From contig JBIJAH010000007.1 of assembly GCA_044345845.1 (NCBI GenBank), positions 40,414 to 104,413 on the forward strand: DNA of 64,000 nt, in the 5' to 3' direction. A program made the translations under genes and the position numbers. Below are positions 1 to 8,703 of this stretch, piece by piece. Each line of letters opens with the position of its first letter. Within the stretch, counting starts at the first letter, position 1. This stretch comes from Roseomonas sp. GTDB lineage: Bacteria; Pseudomonadota; Alphaproteobacteria; Acetobacterales; Acetobacteraceae. The notes under the pieces are model-generated. The model searched no databases, was not told where the DNA came from, and saw only the letters and a program-made list of their open reading frames with translations.

Positions 1-71
1 ATGAATGGGTGGCCAAGGCGGGTGAAGAAGGCAAGCGCCTGATGGACGCCTATCGGGCGGCCATTGCGTGA
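1..71 (+). CDS. dctP: 3' end of TRAP transporter substrate-binding protein (DctP), truncated by window start
   Basis: Frame from nt 3 reads EWVAKAGEEGKRLMDAYRAAIA* (TGA 69-71), a typical TRAP SBP C-terminus, and it lies directly upstream of dctQ/dctM. Confidence 0.6.
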   Translation, partial: EWVAKAGEEGKRLMDAYRAAIA

Positions 72-126
72 GATTTTGGCGGGCGGGTCCTCCCCGCCCG
101 TTTTCTATCCGTTGAAGGTGGGGCTG

Positions 127-657
127 ATGCGCAAGGCACTTGATTCGCTTTACCTGCTGGGGGGCGTGCTTGGCGGCATCGCCTTGGCCGCTATCGCCGC
201 GATCATTATCGCGCAGGTCGTGGGGCGGCAATTCGGCATCACTGTATTGGGCGCTGATGACCTAACTGCCTTTTCGGTTGCTGCTTCTGCGACCTTGCCG
301 CTTGCTTATGCTTTTCGCCACGGCGCGCATATTCGGGTGGACCTGATCATTGGCCGGCTTAAGGGTTCCAGCCGCTTTATCATGGAAAGCGTGGCGCTGA
401 TCCTGACCACCGGGCTTGCGCTATTCTTTGCCTATTCCATGCTTGATCTCGCTTTGGACAGTTTCGAGTTTGAGGATGTGGCGCAAGGTTCGGTGGCCTG
501 GAAGCTTTGGGTCCCGCAGGCGCTTTGCGCTTTCGGGGCCGCGCTTTTCGCGCTTTGTCTGCTGGATGATCTGGCCGCGCATCTGAGTGGCGGCACACCT
601 TCCTATCGCAAGGCTGCTGAGATGAGTGCGCTTGATCGCGCGGGGGAGGAACTCTGA
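127..657 (+). CDS. dctQ: TRAP transporter small permease
   Basis: Four hydrophobic helices and the HIRVDL motif; the stop overlaps the dctM start (TGATG). ATG at 127 (MRKALDS) is preferred over the ORF-track start at 64. Confidence 0.88.
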   Translation: MRKALDSLYLLGGVLGGIALAAIAAIIIAQVVGRQFGITVLGADDLTAFSVAASATLPLAYAFRHGAHIRVDLIIGRLKGSSRFIMESVALILTTGLALFFAYSMLDLALDSFEFEDVAQGSVAWKLWVPQALCAFGAALFALCLLDDLAAHLSGGTPSYRKAAEMSALDRAGEEL

Positions 658-1988
658 TGGAACTCGCGCAAACCGAAGCCGGGATTTTGCTGCTTGGCTT
701 GTTGTTCCTGTTTCTTGGGCTTGGCGTATGGATTGGGCTTGGCCTGATGCTGGTTGGGCTTTGCGGCGTGATTCTGCTGCCCATGCTGATGCCTTCCATG
801 CCGAGTTTTCCGGCGGAAAAGGTGATGGGCACGGCGATATGGCAATCGCTTGCGTCCTGGACCTTGGCCGCGCTGCCGCTGTTTATTTGGATGGGTGAAA
901 TCCTGTTCCGCACAAGGCTTTCTGAGGATATGTTCCGCGGCCTGGCACCCTGGGTGCAGCGCCTGCCTGGGCGCCTCATGCATGTGAATGTCATTGGTTG
1001 TGGGATTTTCGCGGCGGTTTCGGGTTCTTCCGCGGCAACGGCCGCGACCATCGGCAAGATGTCACTGCCGGCCTTGACGCAACGCGGTTATCATTTGCCG
1101 ATGGCGGTGGGCAGCCTGGCTGGCGCCGGTACGCTCGGCCTTTTGATCCCGCCTTCCATTGTCATGATCGTCTATGGCGTCGCGGCTGAAGTTTCCATTG
1201 TGCGGCTGTTCATCGCTGGTGTCCTTCCGGGCATCATGCTGATGTTGCTTTTCAGCGGTTACATCATGGTCTGGTCCATGATGAACCCTAACCTTACGCC
1301 GCCGCGTGATCCTTCCATTCCGCTGTCACGCAAATTGAAGGAAAGCGGTCAGCTTATTCCGGTGGTGCTGCTGATCATGTTCGTGATGGGCAGCATCTAT
1401 TTCGGTTGGGCGACGGCGACGGAAGCCGCGGTTTTTGGTGTGGTGGGCGCGCTGGCGCTTTCCGCCTGGGGCCGAACTCTGACGTGGAAAAGCTTCATTG
1501 ATAGCCTGATGGGCGCCGTGCGGCTTTCCTGCATGATCAATCTGATCCTGGCGGGGGCAGCGTTCTTGACGCAGGCCATGGCCTATTCCGGCATTCCTGC
1601 CGCCATGGCGGCCTGGGTGGGCGCGCAGGGTTTCAGCCCCTATATGATCATTGCCTGCCTGACCATCATCTATCTGGTGCTGGGTTGCTTCATTGATGGC
1701 ATCAGCATGATCGTACTCACGGTATCCGTCGTGCTGCCGATCATCCAGGGCGCTGGATTTGATCTGGTATGGTTTGGCATTTTCATCGTGTTGGTGGTTG
1801 AAATGGCGCAGATAACGCCGCCGGTTGGCTTCAATCTATTCGTATTGCAAGGCCTGACCAATATGGGCATTTTCCAGGTGGCGCGTTACACCTTGCCCTT
1901 CTTTTTCATGATGGTGGTGGCAGTCGCGATTGTCACAATCTTCCCAGGCGTGGTTACCTGGTTACCGACGACCATGCTCTCAAGCTGA
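657..1988 (+). CDS. dctM: TRAP transporter large permease
   Basis: 443 aa, highly hydrophobic, with motifs FAAVSGSSAAT, GTLGLLIPPS and ITPPVGFNLFV. Confidence 0.95.
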   Translation: MELAQTEAGILLLGLLFLFLGLGVWIGLGLMLVGLCGVILLPMLMPSMPSFPAEKVMGTAIWQSLASWTLAALPLFIWMGEILFRTRLSEDMFRGLAPWVQRLPGRLMHVNVIGCGIFAAVSGSSAATAATIGKMSLPALTQRGYHLPMAVGSLAGAGTLGLLIPPSIVMIVYGVAAEVSIVRLFIAGVLPGIMLMLLFSGYIMVWSMMNPNLTPPRDPSIPLSRKLKESGQLIPVVLLIMFVMGSIYFGWATATEAAVFGVVGALALSAWGRTLTWKSFIDSLMGAVRLSCMINLILAGAAFLTQAMAYSGIPAAMAAWVGAQGFSPYMIIACLTIIYLVLGCFIDGISMIVLTVSVVLPIIQGAGFDLVWFGIFIVLVVEMAQITPPVGFNLFVLQGLTNMGIFQVARYTLPFFFMMVVAVAIVTIFPGVVTWLPTTMLSS

Positions 1989-2396
1989 TCAGGCCGGGCT
2001 TGGCCAATCCAGCCTTTCAAAGCGCTGTACTTCCAGCAAATAGCCGGCGGGGTCGTGGAAGAAGAAATGTGTCACGCGATAGGCTTCGGAATATTCTACC
2101 TGTTCCGGAACCTTCACCCCGCGTGATTTCAGCCTGGCGTGCCAGCCTTCCACATCCGGATCAACGAAAGTGAAGACAACGCCGCCTTGCACGCGCGGGT
2201 TGTCTGAAGCGCGCGGCGCACGTGCACGGCAGACGCCAAGGAAGCCGCGTTCACCCGGCGCGGTGGCATAGATGCGGCATGTGCCCTGATCCTGCACAAG
2301 CGTAAGGCCCAGCTTGTTTTCATAGAAATCCCAAGAAGCGGCTGGGTCTTCCGCATAAAGGAAGGTGATCTGTTGGGCGAAATGCGCGGGTTCCAT
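1989..2396 (-). CDS. VOC/glyoxalase family protein
   Basis: 135 aa with ITFLY...SWDFYENKLGL and FFFHDPAGYLLEV, the beta-alpha-beta-beta-beta VOC signatures. Confidence 0.85.
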   Translation of the reverse strand: MEPAHFAQQITFLYAEDPAASWDFYENKLGLTLVQDQGTCRIYATAPGERGFLGVCRARAPRASDNPRVQGGVVFTFVDPDVEGWHARLKSRGVKVPEQVEYSEAYRVTHFFFHDPAGYLLEVQRFERLDWPSPA

Positions 2397-2546
2397 GGGT
2401 CAAGCTTAGGCATAATGCTCGCGCCGCACCATCCTGTTATCCCCAGGCTTGGGCCATACCCTGTTAAGCTTTACAAATGGCAATCAATAAGCTTGAACGG
2501 CTATCGAACCTAGACCGATTTTCGGGCTTACTATTGGGGAAAAAAA

Positions 2547-3026
2547 ATGAGCGATCTGGCCAATAAGATTACCGGGCACATTCCGGTGAAGGAACCGCAA
2601 TGGCTGAAGGAATTCAAGGCCTTCATCATGCGCGGCAATGTGATTGACCTGGCGGTTGGTGTCGTGATTGGCGCGGCCTTTACGTCCATCGTGACCTCCA
2701 TGGTGGAGGATATCTTCAACCCGATTATCGGCCTGCTTCTGGGCGGGATGGATTTTTCCAACCTTTTTGTTGTGATCACCGGTGAACGCAAAGCTACACT
2801 GGCAGCGACACGCGAAGGCGGCGCGGCGGTGCTGGCGGTTGGCAAGTTCATCAATGCCATCATCAAATTCGTCATTGTCGGTTTTGCGGTGTTTTGGATG
2901 GTGAAGGTCTTGAGCAAGCTGCAAGCTTCAAAGGCGGTGGAAAAAGCCTCAAGCCCGCCGCCGCCAACACCAACTGAAACGCTGCTCACGGAAATTCGTG
3001 ACGAACTCAAGGCGCGCAAAGCCTAG
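2547..3026 (+). CDS. mscL: Large-conductance mechanosensitive channel
   Basis: LKEFKAFIMRGNVIDLAVGVVIGAAF N-terminus, second TM helix, and LLTEIRDEL C-terminal helix. Confidence 0.97.
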   Translation: MSDLANKITGHIPVKEPQWLKEFKAFIMRGNVIDLAVGVVIGAAFTSIVTSMVEDIFNPIIGLLLGGMDFSNLFVVITGERKATLAATREGGAAVLAVGKFINAIIKFVIVGFAVFWMVKVLSKLQASKAVEKASSPPPPTPTETLLTEIRDELKARKA

Positions 3027-3077
3027 ACCTTCTGGGTGCCCATGGCGGGGGACAGGCTGTGTACAGATTGTGGGTTC

Positions 3078-3102
3078 CGGCTTGGGTCACGCAACCAAGC
3101 CG
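3078..3102. terminator. Hairpin between convergent mscL and the srf/tag operon
   Basis: CGGCTTGG-N9-CCAAGCCG 8-bp stem, without a strong U-tract. Confidence 0.35.
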
Positions 3103-3109
3103 AAGCGCA

Positions 3110-4780
3110 CTAACGCCGCGCTGGCTGGGCCGGTGCGGCGGGCCGTATGACGGCAGTAAGGTCCGCCATGGCTTGTTCCCGGCTGGGCGGATTGCCATTG
3201 CTGACCGCCACCATATGCCGCGCCGCGATGCGCGCGAGTTCCGGCAGATATTGCACATTTTGTGCCTGCAATTCCTGCTGCACCACATTGCCGGCATCAG
3301 CAATGCGTAGCCGATCTGCGCTGCGGCCAACCGAAAGCACGGTGCGCAGATAGCCTGCGGCCAATTCCTGAGCGCGGGCGGGTTGGCCTTCTGCCTGGCT
3401 GCGAAGTGCGGCTTCAATACGCGCCATGGTGGTGGTGATTTGCTGCGTGCGTTCCTGTTGCCGGCGGAGCGCCGCTTGCACTTCTGCCTGCGTCGCGGCG
3501 GCAATACGGCCCTGATCTTCGGCCAAGGTGCGTTGCGCCTGAACGGTTTCCGCTTGCACCCGGGCAAAAGCGCCGAGCAATTCGCCAAAACCCTCAGCCA
3601 ATAGGATTTGCCGACCAATCTGCGCCGCGGCAGCGATTTGGCTTTGGAGCGCCTGCATTTCCTGATCATTGCGTTCGCGCTGTGCGGTACGCAGCGCCGC
3701 GCCGACGCGATCAATCCCCTGGCGTAGCGCTGGGTCTGGCGTGTCATTCTTCAGGACTTCCAGAAGCCGCGCGGGGTCTTCACTGGCGCTGCCGCGTGAT
3801 TGCGCTTCAGCCTCAAACGCGGCGCGCAATTGTGCCGGGCGCTGGTCGCTGCTCGTGGCCACCAAGGCAAGTACCGGGCGGAAGCCCAGGCTGCGCAGCC
3901 GGAGCGCTTCGCCATTGCGATCAAGTGGCGGCAATTCAACGCGCAGGCTGGAGCGGATTTGGTCTTCTGGCGTCAAGAAATCACCGCCGCGCGCCACCAT
4001 ACCGCCCGCCTGACCATGCGGCCGGCCCACGCGATTGAGCCGATAGGGTTCCAGCACCCATTCCGCGACATTGCCGAGCATATCGAAAATCCCAAGCGGA
4101 TTTGGTTCCAACATGCCGATGGGGCGCACCCGCCCGCCCGAGGATCGCGTGCCCTGAAACCAGACATAACGCTGCATGCCCTCAGACATTGGAAAAACGC
4201 GTGCGCCGAAATCCGCTTCGGCAACCGCCGTTCCACCGCGCACGGCAAATTCCCATTCATCTTCGGTGGGCAGGCGGACAAAGGCGCGCGCATCATCACG
4301 CATGGGCAAGGCATCGCGGGTATTGCGTGCAAGCCAGGTGGAATAGCGGAGCGTGAAGCCCACTGCCTCATGCCAAGCGATATCCGCTTGGGGCAGGCGC
4401 CCGGCTGCCGCGGGCGTGGGGCAGGTTTCGCTGGTCACAGCGCTGTATTGATCCCGCGTCACTTCATACTTGCCGATGTAATAGCGCGGTGGTGCGGCGG
4501 CATCGGCGCCGCGAAATGGGCCGGCAATGAAGCCTTGACGCAGAAACTCGCTGTAATTGGTTTCCGCATCCGCCTGGCCCAACATGGCGGGCCGATCAGC
4601 CAGCAGCCCTTGGCCCAAGGGGGTTGGCACCGGGCGAAACACCATGGCGCCACCGCAGGGCATGGGCAGGATCAGATCATCAGCAAGCGGCTTCGGGTTC
4701 CAGAATTCCGCAGCCCATCTTTCTTGCGCGTTCACCGCTGGCGCGAACAGGATCATGGCAGCAAGAAACAGCTTACGCAT
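3110..4780 (-). CDS. FGE-sulfatase (SUMF1/EgtB/PvdO) domain protein, TagR-like, with signal peptide and helical C-terminal half
   Basis: Signal peptide MRKLFLAAMILFAPAVNA; FWNPKPLADDLILPMPCGG N-terminus; motifs IGKYEVT, RLPTEDEWEFAVRGG, NPLGIFDMLGNVAEW and GFR. ATG at 4780 overlaps the permease stop. Confidence 0.85.
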   Translation of the reverse strand: MRKLFLAAMILFAPAVNAQERWAAEFWNPKPLADDLILPMPCGGAMVFRPVPTPLGQGLLADRPAMLGQADAETNYSEFLRQGFIAGPFRGADAAAPPRYYIGKYEVTRDQYSAVTSETCPTPAAAGRLPQADIAWHEAVGFTLRYSTWLARNTRDALPMRDDARAFVRLPTEDEWEFAVRGGTAVAEADFGARVFPMSEGMQRYVWFQGTRSSGGRVRPIGMLEPNPLGIFDMLGNVAEWVLEPYRLNRVGRPHGQAGGMVARGGDFLTPEDQIRSSLRVELPPLDRNGEALRLRSLGFRPVLALVATSSDQRPAQLRAAFEAEAQSRGSASEDPARLLEVLKNDTPDPALRQGIDRVGAALRTAQRERNDQEMQALQSQIAAAAQIGRQILLAEGFGELLGAFARVQAETVQAQRTLAEDQGRIAAATQAEVQAALRRQQERTQQITTTMARIEAALRSQAEGQPARAQELAAGYLRTVLSVGRSADRLRIADAGNVVQQELQAQNVQYLPELARIAARHMVAVSNGNPPSREQAMADLTAVIRPAAPAQPARR

Positions 4781-5996
4781 CACGAAGCCCCTCCGCAGGT
4801 TCAATCCGGGCGGCGCGATACCCGGCAAAAGCCGCAGATAATGCCGCGCCCAAAAGGCTCACCAGAAATGCGAGCAAAAGATGCTGCGCTTCAATGACAC
4901 AAATGGCCCGCGCGCCGGCGGCATTGGCACCTGCAAGTGGTAGGCGGTTCACCAGACCCGCCACTGTCAACGCCAACAAGCTTGCGAGCGCCGCCCCCGC
5001 GCCCGCGATGATCAGCGCCTGAATCAACGGAAACACCACCAGATCGCGGCGGGACAGCCCGATCAGGCGCAACAGCGACAGATCGCGTTGCTTGCGTTCC
5101 ACATTGGCATAGAGCCCAACCCCAAGGGAGACGAGATACCCAACCCCACCCAACCCGGCGAGCAAGGCAAAAAGCAGCGTGAGGCTGCGATCAAGGCTGA
5201 GCAAGCCTTCTACCTGTTCCGCAAGCGTTTCCACTTCCACCCCATCGCACCGCAGGTCATGGTCAATGCGCGTTACATCTTCCAGGCGCCGCGCATGGGC
5301 GCGAAAACCGGCATAGATGCGCGTGGGATCATCCGAGATATCGGCGGGCGTTGCGGTGGCGGGCATCGCGCCATCGGTGAAGCGATCAACCAGCAGCAGA
5401 GTCTTGAGGTCCACAAAAACGCCATCGCGGCCAAAAGCGCTTGGCGGTGCGATGGCCGCGATGGTGACGGGAAAATTCAGCACTTCCCGCGCGCTGGTAT
5501 CACCGCGCAGCGCGCGCAGTGTCACCCGCATGCCGGGTTGCAAATCCAACCGTGCGGCGAAGGAAGCGCTTGGGATGATTTGGTTGGGCGCAATGTTCGG
5601 CAGACCATGCAGCAGTGGATCACCCGCGGCGGTGGCTAGCAATTCTGCGCGCAGCACGGTGCCAGGGCGTGCGGGGTTTTCGAAACGCGCTTCGGTATTC
5701 AGGCTGCGCGTGCGCGGAATGACAAAGGCGATATCGGGCCGCGCGGCCAGGCGTGCCAGAAACGCCGTATCGAAGTTGCGGTTGGCGGCATTCACCACCA
5801 TGCGGCTGCGCGGGTTATCAATCAGCTCCGCACGCAGCCCATCAATCACACCCTGCTTCAGACCAAACAGCACAATCAGCGGTGCCAGTACCGCCGCCAG
5901 ACCAATCAGCGAACAAAGGGCGAGCGTGCGTTCATGCAAAAGATCACGCAGCGAAAGCCCAGCAAGCAATCCGCCATGAGAGGTTTTCCCACTCAT
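4773..5996 (-). CDS. ABC transporter permease, FtsX/MacB-like (TagS-like)
   Basis: One N-terminal TM, a large periplasmic loop and three C-terminal TMs, with ERKQRDLSLLRLIGLSR. ATGA overlap with the ATPase gene. Confidence 0.88.
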   Translation of the reverse strand: MSGKTSHGGLLAGLSLRDLLHERTLALCSLIGLAAVLAPLIVLFGLKQGVIDGLRAELIDNPRSRMVVNAANRNFDTAFLARLAARPDIAFVIPRTRSLNTEARFENPARPGTVLRAELLATAAGDPLLHGLPNIAPNQIIPSASFAARLDLQPGMRVTLRALRGDTSAREVLNFPVTIAAIAPPSAFGRDGVFVDLKTLLLVDRFTDGAMPATATPADISDDPTRIYAGFRAHARRLEDVTRIDHDLRCDGVEVETLAEQVEGLLSLDRSLTLLFALLAGLGGVGYLVSLGVGLYANVERKQRDLSLLRLIGLSRRDLVVFPLIQALIIAGAGAALASLLALTVAGLVNRLPLAGANAAGARAICVIEAQHLLLAFLVSLLGAALSAAFAGYRAARIEPAEGLRDA

Positions 5997-6745
5997 GCCG
6001 GCGCCTGCACCCGATTCAGCCAGGAACGACCAGCGCCCGCATCCCCCGCTTCCGTACGGATCGGCAGAATAGCGAAGCCATGGCGCGCGGCGCGGTCCGG
6101 GTCATGCGTTGCCAGGATCAGCGCCGTATCCTGTTCGCGTGCCTGTTCAATCAGCAGCGCCAGTATTGTGTCAGCCAAGGCCGGGTGCACGCTGGCCGTG
6201 GGTTCATCCGCCAGCAGGATTTCCGGGCGATGCGCCAGGGCGCGGGCAATTGCCACACGTTGCCTTTGCCCAACGGAAAGACTCGCCGGCATTCTCTCGA
6301 GCAAAGACGCGATCTCAAGCCGCGCCGCCAAGGCTTCGATATGCGCGGGATCGGGCCGCCCCAGCACCGCCTGGCTGAGCGCGATATTGCGCCTGACAGA
6401 CAGGAACGGCAGCAATCCACCCGTTTGAAGAATATAGCCGAAATGTGCGGCGCGAATGGCCGTCAGGCTATTGTCATCCCCCGCGCGCCAAACAGCGCCA
6501 AGGTCTATCGCCTTGCCTGCGCGTGGCGTCAGCAGAAACTGGCGAGCGCTTGATGGTCGGCGCGCCAAGGCCAGCAGATCAAGCAGTGTTGATTTGCCGG
6601 AGCCAGAAGGCCCGACCAGCGCCAAAGCCTCACCGCGCGTGATGCTGAATTCCTCAATGACAAGCTCAAACCCCAGCGCGCCACCCGGCGCCTGATGGCG
6701 GATGATGACGTCTTGCAGCAGCAGGGTTGGCGCGGATTGGCTCAT
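5993..6745 (-). CDS. ABC transporter ATP-binding protein (TagT/LolD-like)
   Basis: Walker A GPSGSGKST, signature LSVGQRQRVAIARAL, Walker B ILLADEP, and H-loop ATHD. Confidence 0.93.
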   Translation of the reverse strand: MSQSAPTLLLQDVIIRHQAPGGALGFELVIEEFSITRGEALALVGPSGSGKSTLLDLLALARRPSSARQFLLTPRAGKAIDLGAVWRAGDDNSLTAIRAAHFGYILQTGGLLPFLSVRRNIALSQAVLGRPDPAHIEALAARLEIASLLERMPASLSVGQRQRVAIARALAHRPEILLADEPTASVHPALADTILALLIEQAREQDTALILATHDPDRAARHGFAILPIRTEAGDAGAGRSWLNRVQAPA

Positions 6746-6753
6746 GCGCGCCC

Positions 6754-8703
6754 TCAGGGCAGCGCATCAATGGGCACGGGATACATCGCCTCACCAGGAT
6801 TGCGCCCGCCATCGAAACTGACCCAGAGCGATGGCTGGCGATTGAATTCCTCATAAAGGCGCAATTTCGCTTCCAGCGCATTGACGATTTCGGTGCGCCG
6901 GCCGGCGCCCATGCTGTTCCATTCTTCCTGCGTGAATTCCATGATCTGACTCTGATAGGGCAGGTCTTGCAGGAATTCGCCAAAGGCGCCGCCCAGGCGC
7001 TGGAATTCCGCCATGCGCCGAGGATCACGCGCCGCCGCGGCTGCCGCACCACGCACACGTTCAAAAAAAGTTTCCGGTGAAAGCCGCGCCGCCGCCTGGG
7101 CCTGGATGATGCTGCGCAGCGTAGTCGCCAGATCGGAAAGCTGATTGCGCGTCAGCAACACGCGCACATCCAAGGGGCGCCTTTCTGGCCTGGGTTCCGC
7201 CGGGTTCAGTTCTTGATCCAGAACGAAGCTCCGCACCACATCAGGCGCCGCTTGCTGCGTTGCGCGCCCCAGATAGGAAAGCCGCATGGCGGTGCCGACA
7301 ATCTCTGCCTGTTCTGCGATGCGCCGTTCAGTTGCGCTTTGTGGTGCCCTGATGCCAGCGATGGGGCGCCCAACCGCAGCGGCAACCTGTGCGAGCAGCG
7401 CATCCGTCAGCGCATCAACGGTTTGGCCGAATTGGCCCAGATTGCCCTCATTGATTGGGTAGTAAAGTTCCCCCGCCGCGCCGAAGCGCGTAAGTTCGCG
7501 GTATTGCCTTTCAGCGCGTGCGTGGTTGGTGCGCCCTTCGGGTGTTTTCAGATGAATGGCGTAGATCGCAACCTGTTTCGCTTCGGAATGCGCCAATTGG
7601 CGCATTTCTTCCGGGCCCATCTGGGTTTGTCCACGTGGGTCCTTGGCATCCCGCGCGCCGGCATCTGTCACCAGAATAACGAAGCGCCCACCATATTGCT
7701 GCCAGGGCACTTCATCCAAGGCGAGCTTGATGCCGGCGAGTGAATCCTCATCAAAGCCCTCATTGCTCTCACGCGCCTCGGTCGCTTCCGCAAGGCGTGG
7801 CAGGATTGCATCCGAAGCCTCAGCCAAATCCGGCAGGGAGACCATGCGCGTGACATATTCAAGCCTGGGATTACCACCCAAATGGTCGCGGAAGGCGACC
7901 ATGCCAAAGCGGAAATTGTCTCGCACGGCGGTATCGCGAATGCGATCCACCACGCGCTTCAGCGCTTCACGCGTACGTTCAATATAGGGACCCATGCTGA
8001 TGGTGGTATCCACCACAAACACCACCGCACCCCGATAGTTGCGGAGCGCATCGGGATCAGCGGGTGGGGAAGGGGCTTGCTGAGCGGGGGCGGAAACCAC
8101 TTCCAGCAAACGCGCTTCATGCGCGCTTTCATTTTCCACGCGCTGCGCAGAAAGAATGGGCAGCAGGTAGAATTGCCTTGTGATATCAATGAAGTTTTCG
8201 GGTTCCAGCGCAATCACCGGCCCTTCGGTGTTTGCCGTTGCGGCTTCGCGCAAACGCGTAGCTTCTGCCGCGCCGCCGCGTGTATTCAACCAAAGGGCAC
8301 GCGGTGTTTCGGCGTCTCGGAAAAACATGGCGCGTTCACGGCCAGCGGGATTGTTGAAGGCCAGCACCATGGTCTGCTTCCAATCCATGGTGCGTTCGGC
8401 GCGCACCCAGCCTTGCGTGCGGCCATCCTGCGCTGCGCCAATTTCAAGCCAACCATCGGCGCCGCTGCCTTGGCGCGCATAGACATAGAAAACACCAAAG
8501 CCGGGCGTTGGCTGGGAAGGTGCATTCGCATCCGGGCGTTCCGCCAAGCGCGCGCCGGGGCGCAGGATCACGCGTTGAAACAGCGTGGCGCGCCCTTCCA
8601 TCAGCAGCGGTTGCCGCGCGGCTTGTTGCGCCATGCCTTGCCCTGCCGGGAAGGCGCACAAGGTGCCAAGCACAAGAACCCAAAATGCACGACGCAACAT
8701 CAT
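6754..8703 (-). CDS. Secreted vWA-domain protein resembling the periplasmic region of T6SS kinase PpkA, with no kinase domain
   Basis: Signal peptide; PLLMEGRATLFQRV...WKQTMVLAF N-domain; MIDAS-like VVFVVDTTISM and VILVTDAG; C-terminus LPYQSQI...KLRLYE...YPVPIDALP, which I recognise as PpkA-ectodomain-like. Confidence 0.8.
   Translation of the reverse strand: MMLRRAFWVLVLGTLCAFPAGQGMAQQAARQPLLMEGRATLFQRVILRPGARLAERPDANAPSQPTPGFGVFYVYARQGSGADGWLEIGAAQDGRTQGWVRAERTMDWKQTMVLAFNNPAGRERAMFFRDAETPRALWLNTRGGAAEATRLREAATANTEGPVIALEPENFIDITRQFYLLPILSAQRVENESAHEARLLEVVSAPAQQAPSPPADPDALRNYRGAVVFVVDTTISMGPYIERTREALKRVVDRIRDTAVRDNFRFGMVAFRDHLGGNPRLEYVTRMVSLPDLAEASDAILPRLAEATEARESNEGFDEDSLAGIKLALDEVPWQQYGGRFVILVTDAGARDAKDPRGQTQMGPEEMRQLAHSEAKQVAIYAIHLKTPEGRTNHARAERQYRELTRFGAAGELYYPINEGNLGQFGQTVDALTDALLAQVAAAVGRPIAGIRAPQSATERRIAEQAEIVGTAMRLSYLGRATQQAAPDVVRSFVLDQELNPAEPRPERRPLDVRVLLTRNQLSDLATTLRSIIQAQAAARLSPETFFERVRGAAAAAARDPRRMAEFQRLGGAFGEFLQDLPYQSQIMEFTQEEWNSMGAGRRTEIVNALEAKLRLYEEFNRQPSLWVSFDGGRNPGEAMYPVPIDALP

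Noticed and set aside
2536-2547. G4A8 run before the mscL ATG as a phase-variable tract
   Set aside because: It is a short A-rich translation-initiation region, with no sign of variation.
2547-3110. Functional link between mscL and the srf/tag operon (membrane stress)
   Set aside because: The genes are convergent with a hairpin between them, and adjacency alone is not evidence.
3110-3800. Long helical C-terminal half of the FGE protein as a novel extension
   Set aside because: As far as I recall, TagR homologues have a similar overall length, so this is probably normal for the family. An alignment would confirm it.
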